NCBI GenBank assembly: GCA_004764695.1
Contig: SMSO01000033.1
Span: 2,232,001-2,296,000, forward strand
Reading direction: 5' to 3'
DNA from: Schizochytrium sp. TIO01
Taxonomy: Eukaryota > Protista > Bigyra: Labyrinthulomycetes
DNA length: 64,000 nucleotides
Both the position numbers and the translations under genes were made by a program. Positions 34,744-46,600 of the stretch are shown here, one piece after another (positions within the stretch are counted from its first letter, which is position 1; each line of letters starts with the position of its first letter). The notes below the pieces were generated by a model. It had not been told where the DNA came from and did no database searches. It worked only from the letters and a program-made list of their open reading frames with translations.

Positions 34744-37266
34744 TCAGGCTCCAGTTACGTCAGTGTTGGGATCATGGCAGTTTGCAAATGCAGCGTAATA
34801 GAAGAATCGATTCTCCTTTGAAATATTTCTTTGACCAAAGTGAGAGAGCAATCCATCAAATATGAGTGCGTCACCTCGCTTTAGAATAGGCTCCACCATA
34901 TCAATGAAGCTATCCCAGTCAGGAGGAGCAGAGTGGCGGTGAGAACGAGGCCAAACGCGAGTACCTCCAGTATCCTTTGTTTGAGTTGTGAGCGGGATGA
35001 GAATCGTCACATAATGTGTGCGAGGATTTTCATCCTTTCGGCCAGACCAGGAGCTATCCGTGTGTACTCGCTGGTCTACTGACCCAGGTGCAGAAAGCAT
35101 AATATCTTGTGTTCGTAATTTGGCGCCTTTGCATAGGAATTTAATAAAGTCATTCAACCCAGACTCTTTAAGTTGCTTTTCGACGGTGAAACAGGCCTCG
35201 CGGGGCAATGGCATGTCATACCGCCCAGGTTCACGAGTCACTAGAGGTGAAAGAACGGTCTCTCCAGCCAAGCCAAAGTTCTTGATGCAGGCCTTGATAG
35301 TGCGAATAGCCCCCATCCACTGTTGGTTGCCCTTGCGTTGGCGCATGAACATGTGGCGGTTGCGAGCTTCGAGTCCTTCTTCAGGTGGGCCGTTGAGCAT
35401 CAACTCAAGGTCTTTTTCTTGAAGAACTGAAGGGAACACAGTGTAGCCCTCTTCGAGAAACTCCTTCACATTAGAGCAGTCTTTGCGATCCTTGGCTTGG
35501 ATAATTTTAGTTTGCATCCACTTGCTGAGTTTCGGAACAACGGGAGCTGATTTCTTTGAATCAAATGTTTGGGAGTCCTCTGGCGAAGCTTGATCTGTAC
35601 AAGGTGAGGATGGTGTATCTGAGGACTTTGACGGGCTGTCAATAATGTTGCGCTTCGATTCTGAGCTTCTTTTCCTCTTCTTTTCGGATGCTTCGATGTC
35701 TGCTCCACCATTCTGAAAGAACTTGATTACCATCGGAATGGAGCGCAGGCGACGGCCGCTACTCCGCACATACACTGCACGTTGCCGCAATACCACATCG
35801 CCGTTAGGCTTTTTATCAGATTTCGTCTCAAACTCGATTGTCCACTTTTTTATGAGTTCTGGATTTAGATTGTTCTCCTCAAGTGAAGATCGAAGTTTTT
35901 GGAGAGTCTGCTCAACACGCACATGTTCAGGGTGGCGGCTCCGCACTTCAGGTACTGTATCCTTTGGTGAATCGGATTTCCTTTCTTCGTCTGTCTCATC
36001 TTCATCCTCTTCTCCTTCGTCTTCGTCATCGCTGTCTTTTTCGCTTTTGTCCTCATCATCTTCTTCCTCCTCACTTTCAGCTGATTCCTCCTGTGATTCC
36101 TCCTGTAAGCTTTCAAAGTACCTTCTCACAGCTGGAATAGATCGAAAGCGTTTTCCAGACTCAGTGACAAAGACAACACGATGGCGGATAATTTGATTCC
36201 CACTGCTGTCTCGATCTATTTTATTCTCGAAGGTGATTTCCCAGTCTTCGACAGCATCTTCTTCGACTCCAGCTGCTTCGCAAGCCTTCAAGAGTCTCTT
36301 ACGGGCTGTTGCTTTACGCTTTTCTTCTGAATGCCGACTATTCCATTCTGACTCGGGCTTTGCTTTGCATTTTTTGCCAGAACGTTTCTTTGGTCTAGGC
36401 TTTGAGGGCAGTGCATCGTCCTCTACCTCCTCCTCTTCTTCCTTCTCCATTTCTTCTTGCTCGTCCCCACTCGCAGCTTCTTTTTCTTGCTCTGCAGTAT
36501 CCTCCTCTCCCTCGCTCACTGACTCTTCATCGTCACTTTTGGAGTTCGTACTCTCTTCGTCCGAATTATCGTCATCGTCATCGTCATCATTATCATCGTC
36601 TTCATCTTCATCGATGTCGTCTTTGTTGGAGTTGTCTCCAACATTTTCCTTTTCCTCATCCTCCTCTTCGTCCTCAGACAATAGTTCTTCTTTCTTGTTA
36701 CTTTTCAGTGCCTTCGTCTTACGGGCCTTCTTCTTCACATGCTTGTCCTCCTCATCGTCGTCTTCATCTTCATCTTCATTCTCATCTTCGCCTTCGTCAT
36801 CACTCTGCGATTCAACGTCCTCATCGTCGACCTCTTCTTTGACCTTTTTATTCTTCTTCCTCGTTGTCCCAGTGGTATATCCAGATCCATTCTTAGACCT
36901 AGATTTCTTTGAGATGGTCTTCGAGTTTGGCCTTTTCTGGCCCTCGTTCTTGGCGTTCTGCTTGATTTTGTCCTCCATATACGTCCGAACCTCAGTCATG
37001 GACCTTAAGACCTTCTTTCTTTTGTATGTAAACACGAGCCTGCATTTCTGTTCCTGCTTCGAACGACTGCTCTTGCCAACTCTAGAGGATTTTACACGGA
37101 TAGGGATGAGCTTGACAGTAAGATCTTTCACGTCCGTTTCATCACCATTAAGTTCGTCCAATATCAGACATTTGATTTTGGCTTTAGCTGTATTAAGCCG
37201 CTCATTCTTCGGCACACATTTTCGGCCGGTATTTGTCCTCTTGGACCTGGCAGACCTTCGGGCCAT
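34744..37266 (-). CDS. Triple MBD-like-fold protein fused to a C-terminal PhyH-type Fe(II)/2-oxoglutarate dioxygenase (~840 aa)
   Basis: The first ATG is at 37266 (MARRSAR); the track's 37593 start is TTG. Three MBD-like motifs: VFTYKRKKVLRSMTEVRTYM, WEI...VFVTESGKRFRSIPAVRRYF and WTI...VYVRSSGRRLRSIPMVIKFF. Dioxygenase motifs: EEGYTVFPSVL, QRVHTD (HxD), GGTRVWPRSH, RGDALIFDGLLSH (distal His) and ENR (2OG-binding Arg). Confidence 0.85.
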   Translation of the reverse strand: MARRSARSKRTNTGRKCVPKNERLNTAKAKIKCLILDELNGDETDVKDLTVKLIPIRVKSSRVGKSSRSKQEQKCRLVFTYKRKKVLRSMTEVRTYMEDKIKQNAKNEGQKRPNSKTISKKSRSKNGSGYTTGTTRKKNKKVKEEVDDEDVESQSDDEGEDENEDEDEDDDEEDKHVKKKARKTKALKSNKKEELLSEDEEEDEEKENVGDNSNKDDIDEDEDDDNDDDDDDDNSDEESTNSKSDDEESVSEGEEDTAEQEKEAASGDEQEEMEKEEEEEVEDDALPSKPRPKKRSGKKCKAKPESEWNSRHSEEKRKATARKRLLKACEAAGVEEDAVEDWEITFENKIDRDSSGNQIIRHRVVFVTESGKRFRSIPAVRRYFESLQEESQEESAESEEEEDDEDKSEKDSDDEDEGEEDEDETDEERKSDSPKDTVPEVRSRHPEHVRVEQTLQKLRSSLEENNLNPELIKKWTIEFETKSDKKPNGDVVLRQRAVYVRSSGRRLRSIPMVIKFFQNGGADIEASEKKRKRSSESKRNIIDSPSKSSDTPSSPCTDQASPEDSQTFDSKKSAPVVPKLSKWMQTKIIQAKDRKDCSNVKEFLEEGYTVFPSVLQEKDLELMLNGPPEEGLEARNRHMFMRQRKGNQQWMGAIRTIKACIKNFGLAGETVLSPLVTREPGRYDMPLPREACFTVEKQLKESGLNDFIKFLCKGAKLRTQDIMLSAPGSVDQRVHTDSSWSGRKDENPRTHYVTILIPLTTQTKDTGGTRVWPRSHRHSAPPDWDSFIDMVEPILKRGDALIFDGLLSHFGQRNISKENRFFYYAAFANCHDPNTDVTGA

Positions 37267-40083
37267 ACTCGCTGCGACGTTCCTAGGCTCCACACCAAAT
37301 GCAAAGATGCCCAGTCCAGGGCGTGCAATGCAATGACACAGGTCAAGGCCGAGAAGCCAAAGTTGTCCAAACCGGGGAAGAAGACCAAAGAATGGGAAAA
37401 AAAGCAAAGAAACACTGAAGAAAATAAAAAACAAAAAGACGAGAAAGGAAATGAATGGAATCAATTCACCTCGCGAGAATGCGCAGCCAGCCAGCCACGC
37501 CTCTTGGACCGCCGCTTCTCCAAGCAAACCAATGCCAAAAGGGAAATTAACGAAAAGAGCTACGCCTCCGCGACGTGCCCGCGCAGCGAGCAACCGGACC
37601 CACTTCGGCCAACGGAGTCCTCCCCAGTGGTTGCCGCTTTGCAGTTAGTCAATCAAGTCGAAGTTTTGATCACTGGAGGCTCAATAGAACCCCGCTAGTC
37701 CAAACCATAGAACACCACCCAGAGCTTTAGTATAGGCGGTGTGCTGGCAGTTTGCTCTACTATGTACAGAAATACTCCACTGTAATCGACAATACTCTAC
37801 TATCCAAGAGGTCGTTTAACCCATTCAAAGCGGTGGCGTCAAGTGAGTTATAGGCGGAAACCAGACAGAGAAGCGTCCCGGTGGCCTCGAGCTCTCCAGC
37901 GAGCGCGAGTCATTTATAGTGGATGCAGTACATCATCAATGTAAACGCCTGTCCCAAGCTTGAGTTTCGTAGCTCCATTGGAGTGCAGAGCAATTTTCGG
38001 ATACATGCAAACGGCTTCGATTCAATTTGATCTGCTTGCGAACGATTTTCAGACGGGCCGATTCTTGGTGAGGACGCAAGCCATAACACGAACTGAGCCT
38101 GCTTCGAAAATATGGAAATGGCCTGGAATGAAACGAATGGAGAATCGAAGACTTGCGATGGTGGGTGGGTAGGGAGAGAAATACCTGCTCTCGCCTTCTC
38201 TGCTATGTGGGGATTGCAGCGATGTCTTCAAGTTGATTCCCTTTCCGTCGGTGGAGTATTTCCCACGATGCTAATGGTGTTTTGATGCTGGCTGGTGCTG
38301 ACCAAATCGATGATGACCTCAATTTCAGATGAGGAAGCATATGTATGCGGTAATAACGAAGATAGAGCAGGAATGCAATTTAGAGATAGCATAACTAGAT
38401 CTGAAATGCGCTGCTTTAAGAGAACAATACAGCGGCCTGCAAAATCCAGATTTTACATCTCGCGACAGATCTAGTGGATGTGCTTGAAAGTGAAGAGATC
38501 CAGGGCGCTGGTTTTTACCACTCTTGTTGCATGTGCCAACCTCTTGGCGAGTGCAGTTGGAGATTACAATCTCAGCGACTCTCTGACCTTCGCCCTGAAT
38601 ATAAAGAAGACTGTGATTCATGTGCGAAGCAATCAGAAATTAACTTCTGCAAGTTTGCTGCTCACAATGGTGATAAAACAGGTACACATCCCCACGCCGC
38701 GACTCAGAGACCCGTGCTGGAGCAGAATTGCCACTGTAATTGGCGTGGTAGTCCCAGCACTCTACGCCGCGCCACAGTGATCTGCATTCTTCATCTTCAA
38801 TGTCAAGTACAGCAATAATGAGCCAGGACTAAAATTAGAAGAACCAAGAGAAAGGTCAGCATCATGATTGATTTTTACACTTAAAATAAATATTAAAACA
38901 AATTTTTTCTTTTTTCTTTTTTTTCAACAAATCCCAAATGAATTTACTTAAGGTGCCCATCTCACTACTTAAACTCCAATTCACACTCGTAGACCTAAAC
39001 CCATGCCACAAGAATCACAGCAGAGCTATCAGTGGGGCTCAGTCCACCTAGCAGCCTCTTGCTCGCGGTGTTCGCGTATCTATCACTCTACCCTGCTCTC
39101 ATGTTTATTCATGAATATCCACGCTGCCACAGTCTTTGACAAATTCAGAGACAATAACTACCTCGGTAAATATCAGCGACCTTGGGCTAGTATGAACCAA
39201 AAGCAGATGAAATACGAAAATCCTTGCTCTAATTCATATTGCTTTTATTCATCTTCTTCATTTATCCAACTAAAGCTAAAGATGCTGTTATGCCCGTGCT
39301 CAAATGGCCATTATAATTCGTTAAGAATTCTGCAGATTGTACCTTATAACCTTCTGAAGTAGAGAAGTTTTTTTTTTTTCAAGTTATACGGCAAAGCCAA
39401 AGCTTGTTCATGCCAAATTGCTTCGCGCTTTGCAGTGAGTAAGGCAGTAAATGAAGTTATTATATATTTTGTGGCAAAGACGCTATGAGCAGGAAATACA
39501 GAAAATAATCATGTCGATTTCGAGTTTGCACAATAAAATAAATGATGTCCTCTTCGACTCCGAAAACTTCCCAGATGACCCAAAACTTGATATCAGTCTA
39601 AGAAGCCCCTTGGCAATAGCCTCGTTCCAAATGAATTTATTTCATAAGTTTATTCGCAAGGCAGCAGGCGTTTGGGTTTTCTCTACGGATGCAACTAAAC
39701 ATAAATCCACTGCAACGTCTGAGAAGTTTCGTTCTTCTTTTATTAGTTGTTTTCCTTATCTGAGTCATAATGTTCTATGTGTTCTCTTGCACGTTTTAAA
39801 AGGAACAAGAACAGACAGAACAGACTTTGAGAAAAAGAAGAAAAGAACGAATTTAAAAATCAATCCGACAGAAGCGCATCTCTCGCGCCTCGGCGCCTTT
39901 GAAGCGGCTCTCATTCGCTCTTCAGCTGCTAGCCATTCGGCATCGTGTTCACCGGCCCTCCTGCAGGTTCACCCGTCCTCTGGTGGCAAGAAAAGCGTTT
40001 GCTTCTTTCCCTTTTTGGTGTGGCTAAATTGAATAATCAGCTCACTCGCCCACGAGACTCAACCCTCCAGACTCAAGAGCGCC

Positions 40084-41287
40084 ATGGCCCAGAACGTGTG
40101 CCGCAAGCGTCTTCAACGAGAGCTTGTGGCGCTCAAGAAAAACCCAGTAGAGCACGTGCAAGCGGTTCCACACGAGAAGAATATCCTCGAGTGGCACTAT
40201 GTTATCGAGGGCCCTAAAGACAGCGTGTAAGTCAAACAAAACAAATAGATCACCAAATAGCCCGACGTGTTTAGTTGCATGATTTTGCGCAATCTCTATG
40301 CGGCGGAGAAGAAAAGTGAGCCTTGAACCAAATGCTGAGCTAATGTTGGCATTCCTATGCTGCTAATAAATTCCAAAGACTGCTGAAGAATTGCTCACGG
40401 TATTTACCGTTTATTGTTTTTCCTGGTGATCAATTATATTCTTTTGGAGGGTGTGGGAGGCAATAGCTTTTTAGGCTCTGTGCTCCGTTCACAATGTGGC
40501 TATGGAAAAAGAGAGGGAGAAAATATGTTAAATTGCTTAGAGCGCTAAACACGGCAAGAAATGGAAGAAACTAACGAGCTACTTGGGTTCTGCTACGTGC
40601 ATAAACTTGCAATTTACTTTTTGCCATAACGGGCGTTGCGCAATTTGGTCCTGCAGGTATGAAGGAGGAATCTATCATGGCATTTTGCGATTTCCTAAGG
40701 AGTACCCTTACAAGCCGCCTTCAATTTTGATGTTCACTAAAAACGGTCGTTTCAAGACGAATGTGCGGTTATGTCTAAGCATGTCAGATTTCCATCCAGA
40801 AACATGGAACCCGATGTGGTCTGTGAGCTCTATTCTTTCGGGTTTGTTATCTTTTATGCTTGACTCTGCACCGACCTTGGGCTCTATGGAAACCTCTGAT
40901 GCCCAGCGTCGTTCTCTCGCTGCCAAAAGTCTTGAAGAGAATGTCCGTAACAAGGACTTTTGTACGCTTTTCCCAGAATACGTCGAAATGTACAAAAAGA
41001 AGAAAAATGGCTCACGCAAGGCCACAATCGATGGCGGAGCACGAGCTCCTGGCGCCGGGGCTAGCGCAAAGGACGCAACCACCCCCCCTGCAGCACCCGG
41101 CTCTATAAACACAGCTGTTGATGCCGCAACTGATGGCACTCCAGCGAATGTGGCAGCGAATGCCCAGGCAAAACAAGCTACAAAATCCATGAGCACGTTC
41201 TCATGGTCCCTTTCTGCTGTTGTGGTGCTGGTTATTGCAGCGTCTCTATATTGGGTGTGGGGTGAAGATAACCTCAAGCTTTACTAA
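40084..41287 (+). CDS. UBC6: Ubiquitin-conjugating enzyme E2, UBC6/UBE2J type, tail-anchored; exons 40084-40226 and 40657-41287 (257 aa)
   Basis: Exon 1 MAQNVCRKRLQREL...NILEWHYVIEGPKDS, then a GTAAGT...CTGCAG intron (40227-40656), joins in frame to YEGGIYHG...PYKPPSI...GRF...RLCLSMSDFHPETWNPMWSVSSIL. A C-terminal TM helix (WSLSAVVVLVIAASLYWVW) is present. Confidence 0.95.
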
Positions 41288-41853
41288 AAAAACTTATGTG
41301 AGCGTATTTTTTTTAAAGAATATCCTGCTAGGGACAAGGCGATTGAACAAAGTCGTGCTTAATCCCTTTTTCGTTTTGACTAAACCTAAAGTTAAAAGTT
41401 TACCTCTGTCAATACCTGCATTCTAGATTTTATCAAAAGTACTTGTGATTATTCAAGTTTAGTCTCGACTGTTTTCACTTCAGCTTTGGAAATCATGTAA
41501 GTTCACTTATAAATTTAGATATAGAAAAGTGGCAAGGTACTTTAGAGTACCAACTAAGATAACTACTGTCAAGTTTTTAATACTCTTAGGGAGAAAAAGC
41601 ACCATTCGTCGTTTGAGGTTTTGGTACCTTTGATGTTACATATAAAGATTCGTTGACTTGGAGATAATCGCTAATGATTATCAAGTCACAGTGAGACCGT
41701 GAACAGAGAATGTGAAAGCGCTAGCTTCCTCCTCACCCTCTCCAACTTCTACGATCTGATTGTTTTTTTTGTTTTTTTGTTTTTTTTTAATGTTCTCACG
41801 AAGCAAGTGAGGAAAGAACATTGTAAAGATTGTGAGCATCTCCTTCGAGGTTT

Positions 41854-42879
41854 TCATTTTACTCGAGCAACAATGTTTGTTTGGCTCTCTTCAACTAGCG
41901 GGTGTTCATCCTCTTTTTCTTTTGGCTCGCTAAATGTAAACTCAGACGGTTCAACTTGTTCATGTTGACTGCTAGCAACAACCTTTGGCACAACAACTTC
42001 TTTTTTAGGTAAAAGACTGTATACACACACATCAGATTCACTATCCACACCTGTGTACGCAGCAGCAAAGGCCCGGCCTTCCGAGGTCGGCTGAGAAAAT
42101 GCAATGCTTTGGCGCGGAACTAGAAATCCGTATATACAGTGAGCACGCCCGCAATCTAGCATTCTGCGCGCAATGTTCTTGCGCCGAAAGCTCGGAGAGA
42201 CCCAGATCTGCAAGACGCCCAAAGCAGGTTTCAACGATGCGCTCGATAGGTTAATCCAACTATGTTGTTTTTGTGAGACGCGCTCCAATGTCAAAAGTCC
42301 TGCGATCTTGTTGTCTGCGATGTAAATAAGGTTCCATCGCATAGGGCTATCTACCCAGCCTTCAATGCTATCAGCAAACCCCATCTCGGGGTCAATCACA
42401 CGTTCTTTATACTCATGTACAAACTTCACTAGCGTACTTTTGAGAGCCTGGCCTCCTCGGGGCAGAAGCACCACGCATTCCTTATCATCCTGAAACCTCG
42501 TGCGGATCCACTCCGTGCGAAGTGATTTGGGAGGTAGTCCTGCTTCTGCGAGAGCACCAAGCTCATGGTTAGCTCGCCTGCAAAATGTCTTGTGGGCAGA
42601 CTCATCAGATTCCACGCCTGGAGCATACATCATGCCACATTTGAGGCACGTCTTGCGCTCAAAGTGTTTCTGTCCAAAGTCAAGAAATACCTGTTGACCA
42701 GACTTCTTGCTAGCTTGCCTTTTCACAGAGCTGGCCTCTGGAGAAAGACCGTTTAAGCGAGCTCGTTTGCCAAGCCCTTGAGAAGCAGCCCTACTCGCGG
42801 TTGGGCTTGTCCACGAGTCCCACCGCTGTCGCTTTGCTACCACGCTTTTGCGAGCCCCTTTGAGCGGGAACATTGACAT
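41854..42879 (-). CDS. ECO1: Cohesin acetyltransferase ECO1/CTF7/ESCO family
   Basis: PIP-like QQVFLDFGQK, zinc finger CLKCGMMY...DESAHKTFC, and GNAT motifs GVLQIWVSPSFRRKNIARRMLD and IAFSQPTSEGRAFA. Confidence 0.93.
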   Translation of the reverse strand: MSMFPLKGARKSVVAKRQRWDSWTSPTASRAASQGLGKRARLNGLSPEASSVKRQASKKSGQQVFLDFGQKHFERKTCLKCGMMYAPGVESDESAHKTFCRRANHELGALAEAGLPPKSLRTEWIRTRFQDDKECVVLLPRGGQALKSTLVKFVHEYKERVIDPEMGFADSIEGWVDSPMRWNLIYIADNKIAGLLTLERVSQKQHSWINLSSASLKPALGVLQIWVSPSFRRKNIARRMLDCGRAHCIYGFLVPRQSIAFSQPTSEGRAFAAAYTGVDSESDVCVYSLLPKKEVVVPKVVASSQHEQVEPSEFTFSEPKEKEDEHPLVEESQTNIVARVK

Positions 42880-43618
42880 GGCCTAACGACGAGAATCGCA
42901 GTCCACTGATCGATTACTGCCCTGCAATAGCCTTCACCAAGAAAGGGAGAGGAAAAGAGACCCTTTGCCAATCGCGAATGAGATTGGTGTGTGCAGCTCA
43001 AATGTCTGCCTGAACTCTGTTGCGTTGCTCGAGCGGCTGAGCGATCGATTGTCTTATACTTTCAGTCTCTTCTCTTTACAAGTGCTTCATAAAGGGCAAA
43101 GCATGGTAGGTAGTTAAGTTAGTATGGGGTGGGAAAAATAAAAATTTCTCATATTTTTCATATTTTTAAAAAAGTTGAAAGAATGACTGTTATAAAGCAC
43201 TGAGACAGGGTTATCATGACAGGCAAAGCTTGCGGAGAACTAAGTGTGCTATTACTTTTATAAAAATTAAAAGGGGTTAAATAAAAAGAAAACTCCTCGA
43301 TGTCCTCAGAAGCATTTTTGACCTTGAGGAGTAAAAAATCTATTTTGAACAATCTCCACTTTTGTTCACTTTGTCATGTCATGTTGTGGGAAGAAAGAAA
43401 TTTGCATGCACGATGTGATGAGAAGAACTCGAATGCAAATGATAGATTTCAGAATGATCTCGCACATTTGTTGAGGATATGTAGTAGAGCCGCGATCCAA
43501 GAGTCAAGGATGAAACCAAAAGTAGGCATATTGGGTATAAATTGAAAAAAAGAATTTGTAAATTTTACCAATTGAGAAAAACAAATAACAAACATGGGCT
43601 AATTAAGGGATGAGCAAC

Positions 43619-46600
43619 TCAATTCTTCTTCTTCTTCTTAGCACGGTTGCGCGCAGACCTCTTGAGGGCAGAAATACGGTTTGCCCGACGAGACAGCTCA
43701 GGGAATAGAATCGCTGAGTCGAGTGCGGTGACACGTACTGCCAGACTGCTTGCAGTCTTGGTGCGAAGTGCAAATCCTGCATCACCATACAAGTTGTAGT
43801 ACCAGTTTTCTAGTGGAACAGCAGTGTCCAACATGGCGCACTCAAGGTAGCAGGTGGCTTGGCGGAGATCCCGCCAGTTAGCAGCAGATGTAACCAGACG
43901 AATCCAGCCCTTGCGCATGTCGTTCATCCAAATGCTGTTGTCTTCAATCTTGTGAAGATGAATTGCAAGCTCCATGTTTAGCAGAACTACCTTCACGTCA
44001 AGCAGACACTTGTCCTCAAATGAGGAATTTTCTTTCAAAGACAGAGGCGAAGACTCGATTGCAGCTTTCATATGACGGTCACACATAGCCTTGCCAATGA
44101 CAATTGCAGCGAAACCTGCATTTCCAAAGCGCGCTGGTGTGGGCTCAGCATTGCCATCGTCAGAGACTTCACGCAAGTGTGCACCTACTAAAGTATCAGC
44201 CATATCCTTGCACACCTCAAGCTTCTTGGCGCGTTCCTTCTTTGTCTTGGCCCCAGCTAAGTCCTCCAGGGCTTCAAACTTTTTGTCCCATTCCTCGCCA
44301 CGTGTCAGTAACTTGCACCGGGATTGAATTGCACTGAGAAGTGCAGCCTCACGTTTACCCTTGCCATTGAGACTGTCAAGGAATTTGTTCATGAGGCGAC
44401 GCCCAGCAATAACACGCCAGCCGACTTCATCAGGAGAGGCAACTTTGCGTTCTACGGCCTCTTCACCGAGCATTACAAAGAGCTTCGAGTAGTCACCAGC
44501 AAAATACATGTATCGGTTGAAGTACCGGTCGAGCCCAAGGAACCGAGGACGAATCGCAACGGTTTGAAGTTTCCACTCAAGTTCTGCCTTCCAGCGCTTC
44601 GCATCGTCCTTCTGCTTCTTCTTAGACTTCTGCCGTTCAATATCACGCTCCACGCGTTCAATCGCGCGAAGAAGGCTTTTGCTAAGGGACCCTTCATGTT
44701 TTTTCTTGAATTCAGTCAGCTTGCGCCCCATTCGCTTCTGCTCCGCAACACCCTCACCAGCGAGACGATCAAGAACACCGTCATCCTCCTCATCTTCGGC
44801 TTCGTGTTTCGGGGCAGCCTCAATGACGGGAGGGCTTAAGCGCCACTTCTGCCTGGTACGAATGCTTATCCACATCCGACGATCCACCTCCTCGCGAAGC
44901 AATGCGGTATCGCTAGCAAAGTCACAGAACACACGAAGCATCTGCGTCCGCAGATCAAAGTCAATGTCCTCGTATGACTGAGTACCGAGGGCAACGACAA
45001 AGCGGCGTAGCAAAGCCACCTCACTGCCAGTAGTCCATAGCTTCGGAGCACATGCGTCGATAGCAGCATCTGTAGGCTTGCCATCCTCGTCTTCCATTGC
45101 AGACTTACGGTATCGGCGCTGTTCCTCAAGAGATTGACTATCCAAACGCTCTAATTCCCGGCGTTCATCTTCGATTCCGTTGCGATCACTGTCTACGACA
45201 AGCAGTGCAGAATCACGTTCTAGGTCCTGCAGCTCACCAAGAGTCACAAACTCTACATGATCCTCCATGTGCGCAAAGATTACCTCAAATCTCTTTGTCT
45301 TGGAATCGTACGATACAACTGAACCCTCCTTGCATCCTACATCTTCAAAAAACTTCAAGATGATTGAACCAAGGTGCGACTGAGGAGCATCAGCCTCGCT
45401 GAAAGATAACAAAAGGGAAGAATCAGCAGGCGGGGCGCTCATTTTGGGCACACCGCGCGTAGGCACTGTCGTTTGCGCACGAGACGTTGAAGAGCTTCCA
45501 TTCTGAATTTCGTCTTCTTCGTCATCCTGATCATCTACTGCATTAGGCTTGACATTACGGGGTTTGGAATTACCATTCGCCTTGACGGGGGCAGCGCGAC
45601 CCTCATCCTCGTCCTCGTCGTCGTCTTCATCATCGTCATCATCGTCATCCCCGTCATCTTCCGCACCAGTACCTAAGCGCTTGGCTTTCTTATCACGACG
45701 ACGTTCTTTGCGTTTTGCTTTCTTTTCGCGCTTCTTTGCAGCGTACTGATCATATAGTTGTTGAGCAACCTCTACCTCCCGGCTGTTCATGTTCACAGAA
45801 TCGCCATCGTCATCAAACTTGATACGCCATTTTGACTTGGCTTCATTACATGCTACCACAGTACCACGGACAAGAGCATCAGGGTCATCGGAGTTAACAC
45901 GACGCGCCACACGGGTGTCCACGTGTTTTCCCTCATTCTTAAATCCTTGTTTCTGAAGCTGCGTTGGGATGACATAGTCTTCTACTGTGGCACGAACGTG
46001 CTTACGCTTCCGACGTTTTCTTTTCTTTCCGTTCGCGGAATCTGCACCGTCGGCATTTTCGTGGCCGTCTTCCTTCTCCTCTTCTGCGTGTCCCTCTTGG
46101 TCTCCCTCGGCAGTTTCTTCAGCTGCAACAAGCCATGGCGCAGGAGGGAGACCTTTATCATAGGGATAAGGATTCATTGCCCTCATACTGTCTTCCTTAA
46201 GTACCCAGGCACGAAAGAGTGTTCGAGTCTTTGCGGTCAGAGCATGGGCAAGTTTGTAAATATATGATCCCCGAAGATTGTAAAGCTTGCAGTTAATCCA
46301 GATCTGCTCAATATCATCAAGCACCTGGCTACAATCCTCGTAATGGTTTGCTTTTTGCAATAAATCGTCAACAGTGTGCAAAGCCATCGGCTTATCCACA
46401 ATCTTTGAGTAGTCTGGATATTCGTTAGTGTCAACTTCTTCCCAGAACACACTAGCTTGCTCCTCATTGCCGATGTGACGCACTACAGCCTGGCAACGAC
46501 GACGAGCATCGGCTGTTGCGCGGACATTTGCGGCTTCTTCTGAGACGGGATTTGGTCCAAGCTTTAAGATCTTTTTCTGAGGGCCAGGGGTGGCAGCACC

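Noticed and set aside
36233-37336. Poly-Ser + strand ORFs (also 47829-48209, 51036-51674) and the Pro-rich 31775-32569 ORF
   Set aside because: Antisense read-through of the D/E-rich or GK-repeat tracts of real minus-strand genes.
37267-37593. Hydrophobic N-terminal extension of the MBD-dioxygenase ORF
   Set aside because: It starts at TTG and is the translation of a T-rich leader or intron-like tract; the first ATG is at 37266. The TTG starts at 52318 and 63171 were rejected for the same reason.
38325-38828. Possible minus-strand multi-exon gene between the dioxygenase and UBC6
   Set aside because: Splice-like sites exist, but joining the candidate exons (38828-38666 to the next acceptor) gives a phase mismatch and a stop codon. 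It cannot be supported without RNA data.
39451-40032. 193-aa ORF upstream of UBC6
   Set aside because: AT-rich composition unlike the genuine genes and no motifs; it overlaps the presumptive UBC6 promoter.
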